Notes: generated by a model not told the origin, from the sequence alone. A stretch of DNA of 64,000 nt from an uncultured Gemmatimonadota bacterium (GCA_964626665.1 CAZVGK010000004.1:64001-128000), one strand, 5' to 3'. Shown: positions 1 through 10,070, counted from the first letter of the stretch. Numbers and translations are program-made.

Positions 1-2
1 AC

Positions 3-1826
3 CAGCGCATAGAACCGGGAAAGGATTTCTTGGTGACATCAGGCAAGGGAATGTTTAAAGACGGTGGCCCAGATGATCAGGACAGCCTACAGGATGGTTC
101 CTTTAGGCAGATGATCAGGAGGAACTGGCCTTTTCCGATTGGCTTTATCTTCCGGGCCTGGGAGAATGGAGTAGGCGATTCGGCATATCTTCTTCAGACC
201 CCAGTTAGTTCTCGGTACTCGATCTCCGGTATGGTGGTTAACCCCTTGGAGAAGGAGAAGTTGGTGGTCTATGCCTCCCTGGGAATGGGGAAGCCACTAG
301 CCGAAGAGGTTTCCTATGCGGCCTTCACTGACCAGAATGGTGATTACTGGATATGGGTTCCAGAGAGCCTGGGGGTGCGGAATTGGTTGGTGGGAAGCCG
401 AGATATAATGGGGGTAGCCCCTGGTTATATCCCCCCTGCCCCCCTTTCAGTTTTGGTGGATGGGGAGATCACCGGGGTGAACCTTGCTTACCAGGAGGCC
501 ACAGCATGGATCCAGGGGAGGGTTATGGCCCAGGATGGGAAACCAATCTCCCAGGTGAGGGTCAGCGCCAGAGGAGAGGAGAAGAGGTTGAACCCCGCAA
601 CCCTCAGCGATTCCTTGGGAGATTACCTATTAGGTGTTAAAGGTGGCAGATGGGTTATAGGTCCTGATGCAGGTGACCTCATTCCAAGCTATCTGGCCCT
701 CCAGCCCCGCAGGATCTGGATTGACCAGGGCGACACATCCTTGCTGGATCTGGTCTGTTTTAAAGCTAACAGCACTATCTCTGGCACGGTCTATACAAAC
801 CGAGCAAATCCATTGGGGATAGAGGTGGAGGGATGGTGTGACTTTGGCTGGACGCGTACTACCATCGATACAGCAGGGACTTACTCCCTGCGGGTAGCCG
901 ATTTAGTTGGTGGTTATAGCTTAAGGGCAATGCCCCCGCAGGGCTACTATGTAGAGGAAAGGCAGCTCGATGGGATCCTGGCGGGAGAACAGAGGGCAAA
1001 TTTTCATCTCCGGCAAGCAAAGGCTTCTTTTCAGGGATCGGTCTACAACCAAAGAGGAGAGGGGATCTTGGAGGCCAAGGTCCTTACCTGGGGAAAAGGT
1101 GGTTCCTTTAGCACCCGGACAGACCAGAGAGGACAATATAGGATATGGCTTCCTGCAGGGACTTACATCCTGCAAGCCCAAAAGGATGGTTATCATAGCG
1201 GGACCCTTCAGGATGTGCTGCTGAGAGATTCAGTTGTCACCGAAAATTTCTGGCTGAAAGCCCTTTCTGGCGTTGTATCCGGCCATATCTACGGCACCGA
1301 TGATACCCCCTTGCGCTGGGCATGGACCACCGCATATGATTCCCTCCCTGAGGATAACTTCTCTGTGAGCACGGACTGGAGTGGCTTCTATCGGCTGAGC
1401 GTCCCTTTTGCCCCCCTCTCCCTCACTGCCACCGCCGCCGGATATGGGGAACAGCGGGAGGAGGGAATAACTCTCACTCCCTCTCGTCCGGATACAGAGG
1501 TTGATTTCCACCTTCCACCATCCGGGGTAACCGAGGAACTGAAAAGGTTCCTCCCCCCCCTTCTCTTTCCTAATCCCTTTAGCCAGAGGACAAATATCCG
1601 CTTTCTCCTTAGGGGGAAGGGGGAAAGGAAAGTCAGGGTAGGTGTTTATAATCTCCAAGGGGAGAGAATTAAGCTCATTTTTGCCGGGCAACTTCCCCCG
1701 GGGCCTTATCAGTTCTCCTGGAGGAGTAGAGATGAGGAAGGGGAGGAAGCCAAAAGTGGCTTATACTTTTTGAGGTTAGATGTGGGGGATGAGGAAGAGA
1801 TAAAAAAAATGTTTCTTATCCGTTAA
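3..1826 (+). CDS. Secreted protein with carboxypeptidase-regulatory-like (prealbumin-fold) repeats and a C-terminal T9SS/FlgD-like sorting domain; 5'-truncated by window edge
   Basis: The frame is open from base 3. Repeated 'I.G.V....G..I....V.....T...G.Y' units; C-terminal 'FPNPF..RTNIRF...VYNLQGE.I...SGLYF.RL....KKMFLIR'. Confidence 0.8.
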   Translation, partial: QRIEPGKDFLVTSGKGMFKDGGPDDQDSLQDGSFRQMIRRNWPFPIGFIFRAWENGVGDSAYLLQTPVSSRYSISGMVVNPLEKEKLVVYASLGMGKPLAEEVSYAAFTDQNGDYWIWVPESLGVRNWLVGSRDIMGVAPGYIPPAPLSVLVDGEITGVNLAYQEATAWIQGRVMAQDGKPISQVRVSARGEEKRLNPATLSDSLGDYLLGVKGGRWVIGPDAGDLIPSYLALQPRRIWIDQGDTSLLDLVCFKANSTISGTVYTNRANPLGIEVEGWCDFGWTRTTIDTAGTYSLRVADLVGGYSLRAMPPQGYYVEERQLDGILAGEQRANFHLRQAKASFQGSVYNQRGEGILEAKVLTWGKGGSFSTRTDQRGQYRIWLPAGTYILQAQKDGYHSGTLQDVLLRDSVVTENFWLKALSGVVSGHIYGTDDTPLRWAWTTAYDSLPEDNFSVSTDWSGFYRLSVPFAPLSLTATAAGYGEQREEGITLTPSRPDTEVDFHLPPSGVTEELKRFLPPLLFPNPFSQRTNIRFLLRGKGERKVRVGVYNLQGERIKLIFAGQLPPGPYQFSWRSRDEEGEEAKSGLYFLRLDVGDEEEIKKMFLIR

Positions 1827-1832
1827 TTTCCC

Positions 1833-1862
1833 TTGACAAAAATATAGGGGATAGAGTATAGT
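1833..1862 (+). promoter_or_regulatory. Putative sigma70 promoter of the pil operon
   Basis: TTGACA-N18-TATAGT ending 30 bp upstream of the pilM ATG. Confidence 0.5.
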
Positions 1863-1892
1863 AGGGTCAATTGCTAAAGAGCAGGTGAATTT

Positions 1893-2945
1893 ATGGCCAT
1901 CAGTTTGAGAAAGAAATCGGTTATCGGATTGGACATAGGTGCTTATTCCCTCAAGTTAGCTGAGGTAACGGGAACGAGGGAGAAGCTGATCCTCTCCAAA
2001 TGGGGAATGAGGGAGCTTCCTCCCGAGGCCATAGTAGCGGGGGAGTTCAGGGATAGGGACCTGGTCCTCTTACAGCTTCAGAACTTGATCGACCAGTGCA
2101 ATGTGAAGACCAAGGATGTGGTCTTTTCCATTTCTGGCCATGGCGTGATCACCAGCAGGCTGATAATGGATTATAAAAGCGGTGAGGAGGCCGAGCAGGC
2201 CATTCTCTTTGAGGCCGAACAAAGAAGCCCGTTTGATACCGAGGATGTAACCCTGGATTATAACATAGTCTGGGTGGATGAGGACAAGAGCAAGATGGTG
2301 GTGGTCATCGTTGCCGCGCGCAACGAGATCTTGAACAACTATCTTGAGCTTTTGGGTGATGCTGGGCTCAATCCGGTGATTATAGATGTGGATGCCTTTG
2401 CCCTCCTCAATGCCTACGAGGTGAACTACCAGGTAGATGCCGATCGCATATTGGCCTTGGTGAATATCGGGTTTGACAGCACAAATATAACCTTTATCAA
2501 GGATGGGGTCTACCACTCGATGAGGGATCTGGCCTCCGGGGGAAGGATGTTCTTTGAGTCCATTGGCAAGGAGTTAAGTCTTAACCCTGATCTCACTGAG
2601 AAGGTGCTGCGGGGGGAAGAGGTGGAGTCTGTGGACTCTGATATGTTGAAAGCCCTCATTGCCAGCACCGGTGATGAGCTGGCAGTGGATATAGAGGTGG
2701 CTTTCTCCTACTTCGAATCTGCGTCTAAGGCAGAGGGAATCGATTGGATAGTCCTGAGCGGTGGGGGGGCACTCATCCCCTATCTGCCAGAGTACCTCCA
2801 AGAGAAGCTCTCCATTCCAGTAGAGATCTTCAACCCCCTGCGGAGCATAAAGTTCGATGCCGCCCAGTTTCCTGGCCTGCAGGCGGAAAAGATGGCTCCT
2901 TTAATGGCTGTGCCCATAGGATTGGCCTGTAGAAAGGTCCTTTAG
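1893..2945 (+). CDS. pilM: Type IV pilus assembly protein PilM
   Basis: Actin-like motifs GLDIG..SLK, VNIGFDSTN and LSGGGA; first gene of the MNOPQ cluster. Confidence 0.95.
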   Translation: MAISLRKKSVIGLDIGAYSLKLAEVTGTREKLILSKWGMRELPPEAIVAGEFRDRDLVLLQLQNLIDQCNVKTKDVVFSISGHGVITSRLIMDYKSGEEAEQAILFEAEQRSPFDTEDVTLDYNIVWVDEDKSKMVVVIVAARNEILNNYLELLGDAGLNPVIIDVDAFALLNAYEVNYQVDADRILALVNIGFDSTNITFIKDGVYHSMRDLASGGRMFFESIGKELSLNPDLTEKVLRGEEVESVDSDMLKALIASTGDELAVDIEVAFSYFESASKAEGIDWIVLSGGGALIPYLPEYLQEKLSIPVEIFNPLRSIKFDAAQFPGLQAEKMAPLMAVPIGLACRKVL

Positions 2946-2946
2946 G

Positions 2947-3546
2947 ATGATAAAGATAAACCTATTGCCCAGGGGATTACGGGAGGAGAGGAGGGGGTTA
3001 AGCAAGGGGACAGTCTGGCTTATCGTTGGTTGTGTAGGGATAATTCTGATCCTCTTTGGCCTTCTCCAATACGAGAAATACAAGTTGGGAAAGATGAAAA
3101 AAGAGATAACTATAGCTCAGATGGAGACCAGGAGGTTTGCCCCCCAAATAAAGGTGGTGGAAAATTTGGAGAAACTGAAGGCTAAAGTAGAACAAAGGAT
3201 GGGGGCGATTGACAAGCTGGATAAGAACAGGGCCTTCTGGATAAATCTTTTGGAGAGGCTTAGTGTGGCGGTTCCGGAGAACCTCTGGCTAACCTCCTTT
3301 AAGGAGTTGGTTGGGGGTGGAACTCCCCAGGTTATCATCGAAGGGGAAAGCTATTCCCTCAACAATTTGGCCTCCTTTATGCTCAGGTTAGGTCACACCC
3401 CTTTCTTCAATGGGGTTGAACTGAACTGGGTCAGACAGGTAGAGGAGGAGAAGAGGAAGACATTTTATTTCCAGGTTTCCTGTAACCTCAAGGGGGAGCA
3501 GCTTGTCACCCCGCAACCTAAGGCAGGGAAAAAGGGTAAGGGATAA
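2947..3546 (+). CDS. pilN: Type IV pilus assembly protein PilN
   Basis: N-terminal INLLP motif, one TM helix, coiled coil, 'PENLWLTSF'. Confidence 0.93.
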   Translation: MIKINLLPRGLREERRGLSKGTVWLIVGCVGIILILFGLLQYEKYKLGKMKKEITIAQMETRRFAPQIKVVENLEKLKAKVEQRMGAIDKLDKNRAFWINLLERLSVAVPENLWLTSFKELVGGGTPQVIIEGESYSLNNLASFMLRLGHTPFFNGVELNWVRQVEEEKRKTFYFQVSCNLKGEQLVTPQPKAGKKGKG

Positions 3547-3550
3547 AGCT

Positions 3551-4219
3551 ATGGATCTAAGAAACCCGAAAAATCAGAAGATAGTTGTTATTATAGTCAT
3601 AATGTTGGGTGTTGTTTATCTTTGGTATACCCAGCTATTTAAACCGACCCAGCGGGAAATTGGGAGGAAGAAGCTCCAATATCAGGCTATCTCCTCAAAG
3701 CTGCAGACGGTGAAGCATAAGGCAGGGAGCCTGCAGGGGCTGAAAAGGGATTACCAGAGGTTGTTGGCCCAATACAGGACGGTTAAGCTCCTTCTTCCCC
3801 CGCGCCGTCAGACCCCAGCCCTGCTCCGCAGGCTGCATCGGGCCGCGGGGCGTTCGGAAATTTACATCTCGGAGATTACCCCTCAGACTCCGGTGCAGAT
3901 GGATTTCTACGCGGCAAATCCTTATTTAGTAAAGCTAAAGGGAGAATTCCATAAATTAGGGAAGTTTTTGGGCTATGTGGCCAACTTCCCATTTATCGTC
4001 AACATTTCAGAGGTGAAGATAGATGATTTGGAGGAGGAGAAATCTTCAAATACGATAAAGGCAGAGCTAAAGCTTGCCACCTACAACCTCTCCCCAGGGG
4101 AAAAGGAGATCAGCGAGGAGGAAGGGGAGAAACCTAAGGGAGGGATCTTGCAGAAACTGAAATTGCGGAGGAAGGAGTTTGAATCGGAGTCAGGTGGCCA
4201 GAAGGGAGGGAAGATATGA
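3551..4219 (+). CDS. pilO: Type IV pilus assembly protein PilO
   Basis: TM helix, coiled coil, 'LLPP', 'GEFHKLGKFL..VA.FP.IVNI'; start taken at the ATG 4 bp after the pilN stop. Confidence 0.9.
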   Translation: MDLRNPKNQKIVVIIVIMLGVVYLWYTQLFKPTQREIGRKKLQYQAISSKLQTVKHKAGSLQGLKRDYQRLLAQYRTVKLLLPPRRQTPALLRRLHRAAGRSEIYISEITPQTPVQMDFYAANPYLVKLKGEFHKLGKFLGYVANFPFIVNISEVKIDDLEEEKSSNTIKAELKLATYNLSPGEKEISEEEGEKPKGGILQKLKLRRKEFESESGGQKGGKI

Positions 4220-5097
4220 GGAAGGTTCTCTTTTTGGGGGTTATAGCTCCCCTTCTCTTTTTCCTTTCAGCCTGGGGCTCTCCTAAATCTCTTGTCAAGG
4301 ATATTCAAATAGAGAGGAACCAGAAGGGAATTCTCCTGTCCATCCTTTGCCAAGGGAAGATTAGCTACCAGGTTTGGGAGATGAAAAACCCTCCCCGGGT
4401 GGTTATCGACTTTGAGGATGCTAAACATGCCCTTCCTCGCTTGAATTATCGGCACCTTCCCCCCTGTGGTATAAAGTCGATTAGGACAAGCCAGTTTAGG
4501 TTCAATCCTCTGAGAGTAAGAGTTGTTCTGGACTTGGAGAGGATGATTCCCCATCAGGTGGTGGACAATGGGGAGAACTTTCAGCTTCTCTTCCCCGGGA
4601 TCGAGCTACCTCGGTTTAAAACCTGGCTGGCCAGCCGGACAGAGCCAAAGGGCAGTAAGATAATGTCTCCAGGGAAAATTGCAGAGAAGAAGATGATCAA
4701 GAAGAAACTGAAACCAGTCGTCCCCCCGCAGCCGCAGGAGAGTGCGCTACCCTCCTTTACCCCCCGGCGGGCCGTTCATTACTCGGCGGGCGGCCGCAGA
4801 GATCCCTTTAGACCCCTTTGGCAGGAAGGGGAGTTGCAATTTGGCGCGGTTCCCTTGCCCAGTGTCGATGGCCTAACCCTGGTGGGGGTTCTGGAAGATT
4901 CTACCGGATTTCGTGCCCTTCTGGAAGGCCCAGGTGGTTACGGATATATACTGCGCAAAGGTGACCGGGTGAGAAACGGCTATGTGGCCCGGGTCACTAA
5001 AGATAAAATCATCTTTCAGGTGGTGGAGTATGGGTGGACGAGGACAGTAGTGCTTAAAATGAAAAGAACGAAGAAAAGCGAGGTTGGTTATGAATAG
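4216..5097 (+). CDS. AMIN-domain / PilP-like fusion protein
   Basis: N-terminal AMIN signature (NPPRVVIDF...IRTSQF...VRVVLDL); C-terminal PilP-like 'RRDPF.P...LTLVGVL...GYILRKGDRV..G.V..VT'; lies between pilO and pilQ. Confidence 0.75.
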   Translation: MRKVLFLGVIAPLLFFLSAWGSPKSLVKDIQIERNQKGILLSILCQGKISYQVWEMKNPPRVVIDFEDAKHALPRLNYRHLPPCGIKSIRTSQFRFNPLRVRVVLDLERMIPHQVVDNGENFQLLFPGIELPRFKTWLASRTEPKGSKIMSPGKIAEKKMIKKKLKPVVPPQPQESALPSFTPRRAVHYSAGGRRDPFRPLWQEGELQFGAVPLPSVDGLTLVGVLEDSTGFRALLEGPGGYGYILRKGDRVRNGYVARVTKDKIIFQVVEYGWTRTVVLKMKRTKKSEVGYE

Positions 5098-6352
5098 GAG
5101 AATGCTTACCCTTGCCCTCATCTTAAGCTTAGGGTTGGCTTTGAGTTGGGGAGGAACTCTCTACTCCCAGGAGCAGGGTGAACCCCCAGGGGGGACAATT
5201 AAAAATCTCAATCTACAACATGCTGATATTCATTCAGCCCTCGATTTTCTCTCCAGTTACTCCGGGGTGAATATTGTGGCTGGCCCCACGGTTGAGGGGG
5301 AGATTACCCTGCAGATAAAGGATGTAACCTGGCGGCAAGCCCTGAATATCATCACCGAGACCAATGGTTTGGTTGTGGTGCAGGGGGAGAATTATTTAAG
5401 GGTCTTACCCCAGAAGGACTTCATTTCTGAGGAGATGGCCAAGGGGAAGTATGAGGCAGATAAGGCTAACTTGGGAAAACTGGATACAAGGGTCTTCTAC
5501 ATCAATCATGCCAAGGCCAAGGCCCTTTCCAGAAGCCTTAAAGACCTCACCTCCTCCCGAGGGAAGATAGAGGTGGATGGGAGGACAAATTCCCTCATCA
5601 TTAAGGATCGTCCCGATAACCTAAATATGATAGCAGCCCTTATAGATAGCCTGGACCGGGCGACCCCGCAAATCCAGATAGAGGCCAAGCTTTTGGAGAT
5701 AGACACATCTTCCCTCTGGGAGTTAGGAATTGACTGGTCAGCGGTGAGAGGGGGGAGCAGTCCAATGGATGTCTCTCAGAGCACCGCCGGGGAAGTCACC
5801 AAAGCGATCGGGAATTTTGCCTATGGAACGGTAAAAAACAGCTTTGCTTTAAATGCGACAATCGCCAACCTGGCCAGCCAGAACAAGGCCCACATCCTGG
5901 CTCAACCCTCCATCTCTACAATGGATAATGAAACGGCCACCATCCTTATGGGCCAGGAGATCCCCCTAAAGATGTTCGATCAATCAGGCAATGTGGTTAT
6001 AAAGATGTATCAAGTGGGTACTAAACTTATTGTTACCCCTCATGTTACCTCTCCGACCAGGATACTTATGCACCTACGTCCAGAGAGGAGCTCTTATAGC
6101 TATGATCCTAATGGGGTGATTATCTCTACGCAAAAGGCAGAAACAAATGTGGTTGTCTCCGATGGCCAGACAGCAGTGATTGGCGGTTTGACCAACCAGG
6201 AGAAGAAGTCATCCAAGGTGGGGGTTCCTATTTTGAAGGACATACCCCTTTTAGGGATGCTCTTCAGATATACAAAGCATGAGACTGTGACCAATGACCT
6301 GGTCATATTCGTCACCCCCCATCTGATTAAAGATGAGGTGGGCCAGAAGTAA
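5090..6352 (+). CDS. pilQ: Type IV pilus secretin PilQ (no AMIN domains)
   Basis: N0/N3 domains (DGRTNSLII), secretin domain 'V.DGQTAVIGGL...GVPILKDIPLLG.LF...LVIFVTP'. Confidence 0.93.
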   Translation: MNRRMLTLALILSLGLALSWGGTLYSQEQGEPPGGTIKNLNLQHADIHSALDFLSSYSGVNIVAGPTVEGEITLQIKDVTWRQALNIITETNGLVVVQGENYLRVLPQKDFISEEMAKGKYEADKANLGKLDTRVFYINHAKAKALSRSLKDLTSSRGKIEVDGRTNSLIIKDRPDNLNMIAALIDSLDRATPQIQIEAKLLEIDTSSLWELGIDWSAVRGGSSPMDVSQSTAGEVTKAIGNFAYGTVKNSFALNATIANLASQNKAHILAQPSISTMDNETATILMGQEIPLKMFDQSGNVVIKMYQVGTKLIVTPHVTSPTRILMHLRPERSSYSYDPNGVIISTQKAETNVVVSDGQTAVIGGLTNQEKKSSKVGVPILKDIPLLGMLFRYTKHETVTNDLVIFVTPHLIKDEVGQK

Positions 6353-6374
6353 GTTAGTTCCACCATCTCCCTTC

Positions 6375-6403
6375 AGGGGGCCGGAAGGCCCCCTTTTTTC
6401 TTT
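6375..6403 (+). terminator. Rho-independent terminator after pilQ
   Basis: AGGGGGCC-GGAA-GGCCCCCT followed by a T-tract. Confidence 0.85.
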
Positions 6404-6423
6404 GCAGAGGCGAGCAAAGTATT

Positions 6424-6765
6424 CTGTCATTGCGAGGCACCGAAAGTGCCGAAGCAATCCTATTGGAGGTTGCTTTGTTTGCCCTTTTGTGCTGGTAGGT
6501 CTTTTGCCCTGACGGAAGGATTATTCTTTCTACCCAGCTTTAGCTGGGGGCGATAGGGCTTTAGCCCGGGTTTCTATTGGGTTTTTTGTAGGGGTCGGAT
6601 TCATCCGACCCGCTTCTGAAAGTCTTGTAGGGACAGACATTTATGCCTGTCCGCAGATCTCTTTAGCCGAGGGTTAAAAGGTTTTAGCCTCTTCAAAAAC
6701 GAGGTGGCAAAAGCCCTCTTCTTCTGCCACCGTCAAATTTGGGGATCTGACCGCTCAGCGGCTTG
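6424..6765. repeat. Mosaic cluster of REP-like palindromes
   Basis: GTCATTGCGAG..GCAATC (6426), TTCTACCCAGCTTTAGCTGGGG (6528), GTAG hairpins (6588, 6627), GAGGTGGCA..TGCCACC (6701). Confidence 0.85.
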
Positions 6766-6812
6766 AGTGTATGAATTCTGTCCATTCCTTGGACTTCATT
6801 TATTGAAATAAA

Positions 6813-7634
6813 ATGATGAAATTGAATTTCGTCAAAATGTCCGGCTCAGGGAATGACTTTATCCTCTTTGACAACCGTCGGGGAATCCTTCCTCTTGATC
6901 TCCCCAATTTGGTGCGGATGGTCTGTCGTCGCAGGTTTTCTGTGGGGGCCGATGGGGTATTGGTCTTGGAGCAAAGCGAGAAAGCCGATTTTGGGATGAG
7001 GTATTTCAATGCCGATGGTGGAGAGGCTCCAGTCTGCGGCAACGGAGCTATGTGCATCGCCAAATTAGCTCAACTGTTGGGCATAGTAGGGAAGGAACCA
7101 GTGTTTGAATCCCCTGCTGGGCTGCATAGGGCTAAGATCAGGGGGGACTCGGTTATGGTAAGGTTACAAGAGCCATCTGAAGTCAGGCTTGGTTTTCCCC
7201 TTGAGATTGGTGAGAAAACAGTGGAGGCCTCTTCAGTAAATACGGGGGTTCCCCACCTGGTGCTTGTTTTGGAGGAGATAGCCAAAGCCCCGATCCTCTC
7301 TTGGGGCAGGAAATTACGGTATCATCCCCTCTTCTCCCCCCAGGGGACAAATGTGGACTTCGTGCAGGTATTGGATGAAAACAGATTGCGGATGCGCACC
7401 TATGAGAGGGGGGTAGAGGGGGAGACCTTGGCCTGTGGCACCGGTGCTGCCGCTGCCGCTTTAATTGCTGCTTGGAAAAGGCTGGTTGAGTCTCCAGTTG
7501 AAGTAGAGACAAGGGGAGGGAATGTTTTAAGGGTTTACTTTAAAATTTCGGAGAAAACGGCTGAGGATGTTTGGATTGAGGGAAAAGCAGAATTGACTTT
7601 TGAGGGAGAAATTTCCCTTGCCACGGAAAGCTGA
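6813..7634 (+). CDS. dapF: Diaminopimelate epimerase
   Basis: KMSGSGNDF, NADG.EA..CGNG, NTGVPH, YERGVEGETLACGTG. Confidence 0.97.
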   Translation: MMKLNFVKMSGSGNDFILFDNRRGILPLDLPNLVRMVCRRRFSVGADGVLVLEQSEKADFGMRYFNADGGEAPVCGNGAMCIAKLAQLLGIVGKEPVFESPAGLHRAKIRGDSVMVRLQEPSEVRLGFPLEIGEKTVEASSVNTGVPHLVLVLEEIAKAPILSWGRKLRYHPLFSPQGTNVDFVQVLDENRLRMRTYERGVEGETLACGTGAAAAALIAAWKRLVESPVEVETRGGNVLRVYFKISEKTAEDVWIEGKAELTFEGEISLATES

Positions 7635-8045
7635 GGTGGCAGAACCCCTCTCTTTTACCCTCCTCTGGCTCAGGGGATTGTGCTGTGCCGTCAGGGCTCT
7701 ACCCTGACGGAAGGGGTCTTTTTTACGCGCTCTTTGTGGATGTTATCATCCACAAAGAGACTTCTTCTGTTTGGGCAGGAACCCTGACAACACAGGAATG
7801 GTGGGAGCCTGATGGCCCAAAATAATGAGGTGGCAGAACCCCGATTCTGCCACCATCTCTTCCTTTTTCGTCAAATGACGGTTCGGTATTTTCTACCCGG
7901 CTTTAGCCGAGGGTTCCCTGGGCTTTAGCCCGCTTACTGGCAGGAACACCATACCAGAAGCCCTCTTTTCAAAACAGAGGTGGCAGAAACCCTCTTCTGC
8001 CACCTTTCTCTCTCATCGTCAGATGAGGGCATCTGACGGCTCATC
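7633..8045. repeat. Mosaic cluster of REP-like palindromes
   Basis: GAGGTGGCAGAA copies at 7633, 7827 and 7977; CCGTCAGGG..CCCTGACGG; TGTGGATGTTATCATCCACA; TTCTACCCGGCTTTAGCCG at 7891. Confidence 0.85.
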
Positions 8046-8062
8046 GGGAATTTGCTTCACAT

Positions 8063-8527
8063 CTATGAGTAATTTGGCTTAGGAATAACAGCATATCTGA
8101 TCAATTTCCCCTTTTCAAACCAAAACTCTCCTTGAAGGCTTTTTCCCTCTATTACCAAGGGAAGCCAATGCCTGTCATCCTCCCACATTCTATCAAAGGG
8201 GATTTCATTTAGGGGGAACCATAAAGGATAGGCCTCACCGCTCTCTGTGGGCTGGCCTTCATACTCTTCTACTCGGAAAAGATAGACCAGCCAATTTAGT
8301 TTCCCGTTCTCATAGAAGATAAGAGTCCCCAATTCCCTCTCCCTTTTCACCTTAATCCCAATCTCCTCTCTTAGTTCCCTTCTTAGACAATTTTCAGAGG
8401 GCTCCTCGAATTCCATTTTTCCCCCAGGCCCATTCCACTTGCCCCTGCCATGTCCCCTTTTCTTTTTGATCAGGAGGATCTGCCCATCCCTGATGATATA
8501 CCCCAAAACAGCCTTGGTAACTTTCAT
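8063..8527 (-). CDS. NUDIX hydrolase (8-oxo-dGTPase, MutT/MTH1-like)
   Basis: Nudix box GGKMEFEE....CLRRELREEIG; 'PFDRMWEDDRHWLP'. Confidence 0.9.
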   Translation of the reverse strand: MKVTKAVLGYIIRDGQILLIKKKRGHGRGKWNGPGGKMEFEEPSENCLRRELREEIGIKVKRERELGTLIFYENGKLNWLVYLFRVEEYEGQPTESGEAYPLWFPLNEIPFDRMWEDDRHWLPLVIEGKSLQGEFWFEKGKLIRYAVIPKPNYS

Positions 8528-8551
8528 ATCACTCCAGTAGTATCCCTTGTG

Positions 8552-9070
8552 CCGTCAGGGCTCCTGCCCTGACGGAGGGGTTCTCTCTTCTGCCGAGCTC
8601 GGTCCTAACCCTCCCCACTAAAGTAGTGTAGAACTATTCTTTTCTACCCGGCTTTAGCTGGGGTAACCTCTTTGGGGCTTTAGCCCATTCTTAGGGCCTA
8701 AAGGCCCTGAACCCGCACTAAAGTGCGGTAGAACCATTGCCTGGTAGGGCAGAGCCCTACCAGCACATATCCGCGTAATTCTGCGTTAATCTGCGCTCCT
8801 TGTTTTCTTCTACCCCCGCAAAAGCGGGGGGGGTGTCCTCTTTATAGGTTTTAGCCAACTCACTGACAAAAATCGAGGTGGCAGAAGCCCTCTTCTGCCA
8901 CCCGCACGGTCAGATCACCCGCTTTCAGAGATGGCCTCAAACCTCCCGCAGATTCCAAATCTGCGGGAGGTTCCACTTTGGGCTCAACCCATTCTGCCAT
9001 TGGCGAGTTGCAGGAACCGAGGTGGCAGAAGCCCTGCTCTGCCACTGTCAGATTAGGGTTCTACTCTTCG
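8552..9070. repeat. Mosaic cluster of REP-like palindromes including a complete four-hairpin CTTTAG/CTAAAG unit (8642-8733)
   Basis: Same families as the other clusters, plus AACCTCCCGCAG..CTGCGGGAGGTT at 8941. Confidence 0.85.
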
Positions 9071-9083
9071 GCCATAGTGCGGG

Positions 9084-10070
9084 TTACTCCCTAATGTGCA
9101 CTGGAAGATCATAACCTAATCCCTTTAACCTTTCTCTCTCCCTGTGGAGAAAATCAAAGATAACATTGCTTTTTATCACAAAAGTAAGTCCGTAATCAAT
9201 TAGCTTCAAATCTTTGACATATGTCTCTCCCTCATAAGGCAAATTCTGATATAACTCATAAATATTTGGCTCATCGGGCGGAACAAGGACTGTTTCCGGA
9301 CTGTAGGCAACCGCATTGGCCATTCCGATTAGTTTATACTGCCCGTCTTGGGTAAAGAGAATGGCTACACCCCCGGAAAACCCTCTATTAAACAGAGCAT
9401 CAACCATAAACCTGTTTTTGTATGGCGAAGGACTGGCTAATCCTCTCGTAACCATAAAATAGCCCTTCGGAAAACCCAGTAGGTAAATCTCCTCTCCTAA
9501 TTTGATCTTTTCTGCATCTCCAAACCGCCCTGCAAAAGGGGATTCGGATAATAAGATTTCATCTCGATCTGTTTCAATTAAAGCAAGATCATTTCGTTCA
9601 TCTACGGCGATTATTTTACCCAGACTACTTCTACCACTCATATGAAAGACTAAAACATTTTGTTCCAATTTGATAGAAAGAGAATGGAGAAATTTTGTCG
9701 GCTGTTTCTCTTTATCCAAGTAGTACGTTTTAAGAGTATCTTTAAAATCAAATAAATGATAGCAGGTTAGTAACACCATTTTACGCAAATCTTGGCAGAT
9801 AATAAGTCCAGTTCCCGCAACAGAATTGGTTGTTATGTACTCGCTGATTAAAAGGCTTTTTTGGGAGGACGTATCTGCTTGGCCTGAAGGATTGGCGTAG
9901 AAGTAATTTTGATAGTTGGCAGAGCAGGTAACCTTCAGGATTGATCTCTGGAGTTGGCTCAATTTTTCAAGCTGAGGTTGTTTAAAATTGGAAGGAGAAT
10001 GTGAGTAAGGTGGATGGGAACAGGAGAGAGTTGCTAAAATGGCCAATGGAATTACCCAATAAAACCTCAT
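9084..10070 (-). CDS. Trypsin-like serine protease, probable lipoprotein
   Basis: Lipobox-like LATLSC; catalytic triad motifs TCYH, NDLAL and GFSGG. Confidence 0.8.
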   Translation of the reverse strand: MRFYWVIPLAILATLSCSHPPYSHSPSNFKQPQLEKLSQLQRSILKVTCSANYQNYFYANPSGQADTSSQKSLLISEYITTNSVAGTGLIICQDLRKMVLLTCYHLFDFKDTLKTYYLDKEKQPTKFLHSLSIKLEQNVLVFHMSGRSSLGKIIAVDERNDLALIETDRDEILLSESPFAGRFGDAEKIKLGEEIYLLGFPKGYFMVTRGLASPSPYKNRFMVDALFNRGFSGGVAILFTQDGQYKLIGMANAVAYSPETVLVPPDEPNIYELYQNLPYEGETYVKDLKLIDYGLTFVIKSNVIFDFLHRERERLKGLGYDLPVHIRE

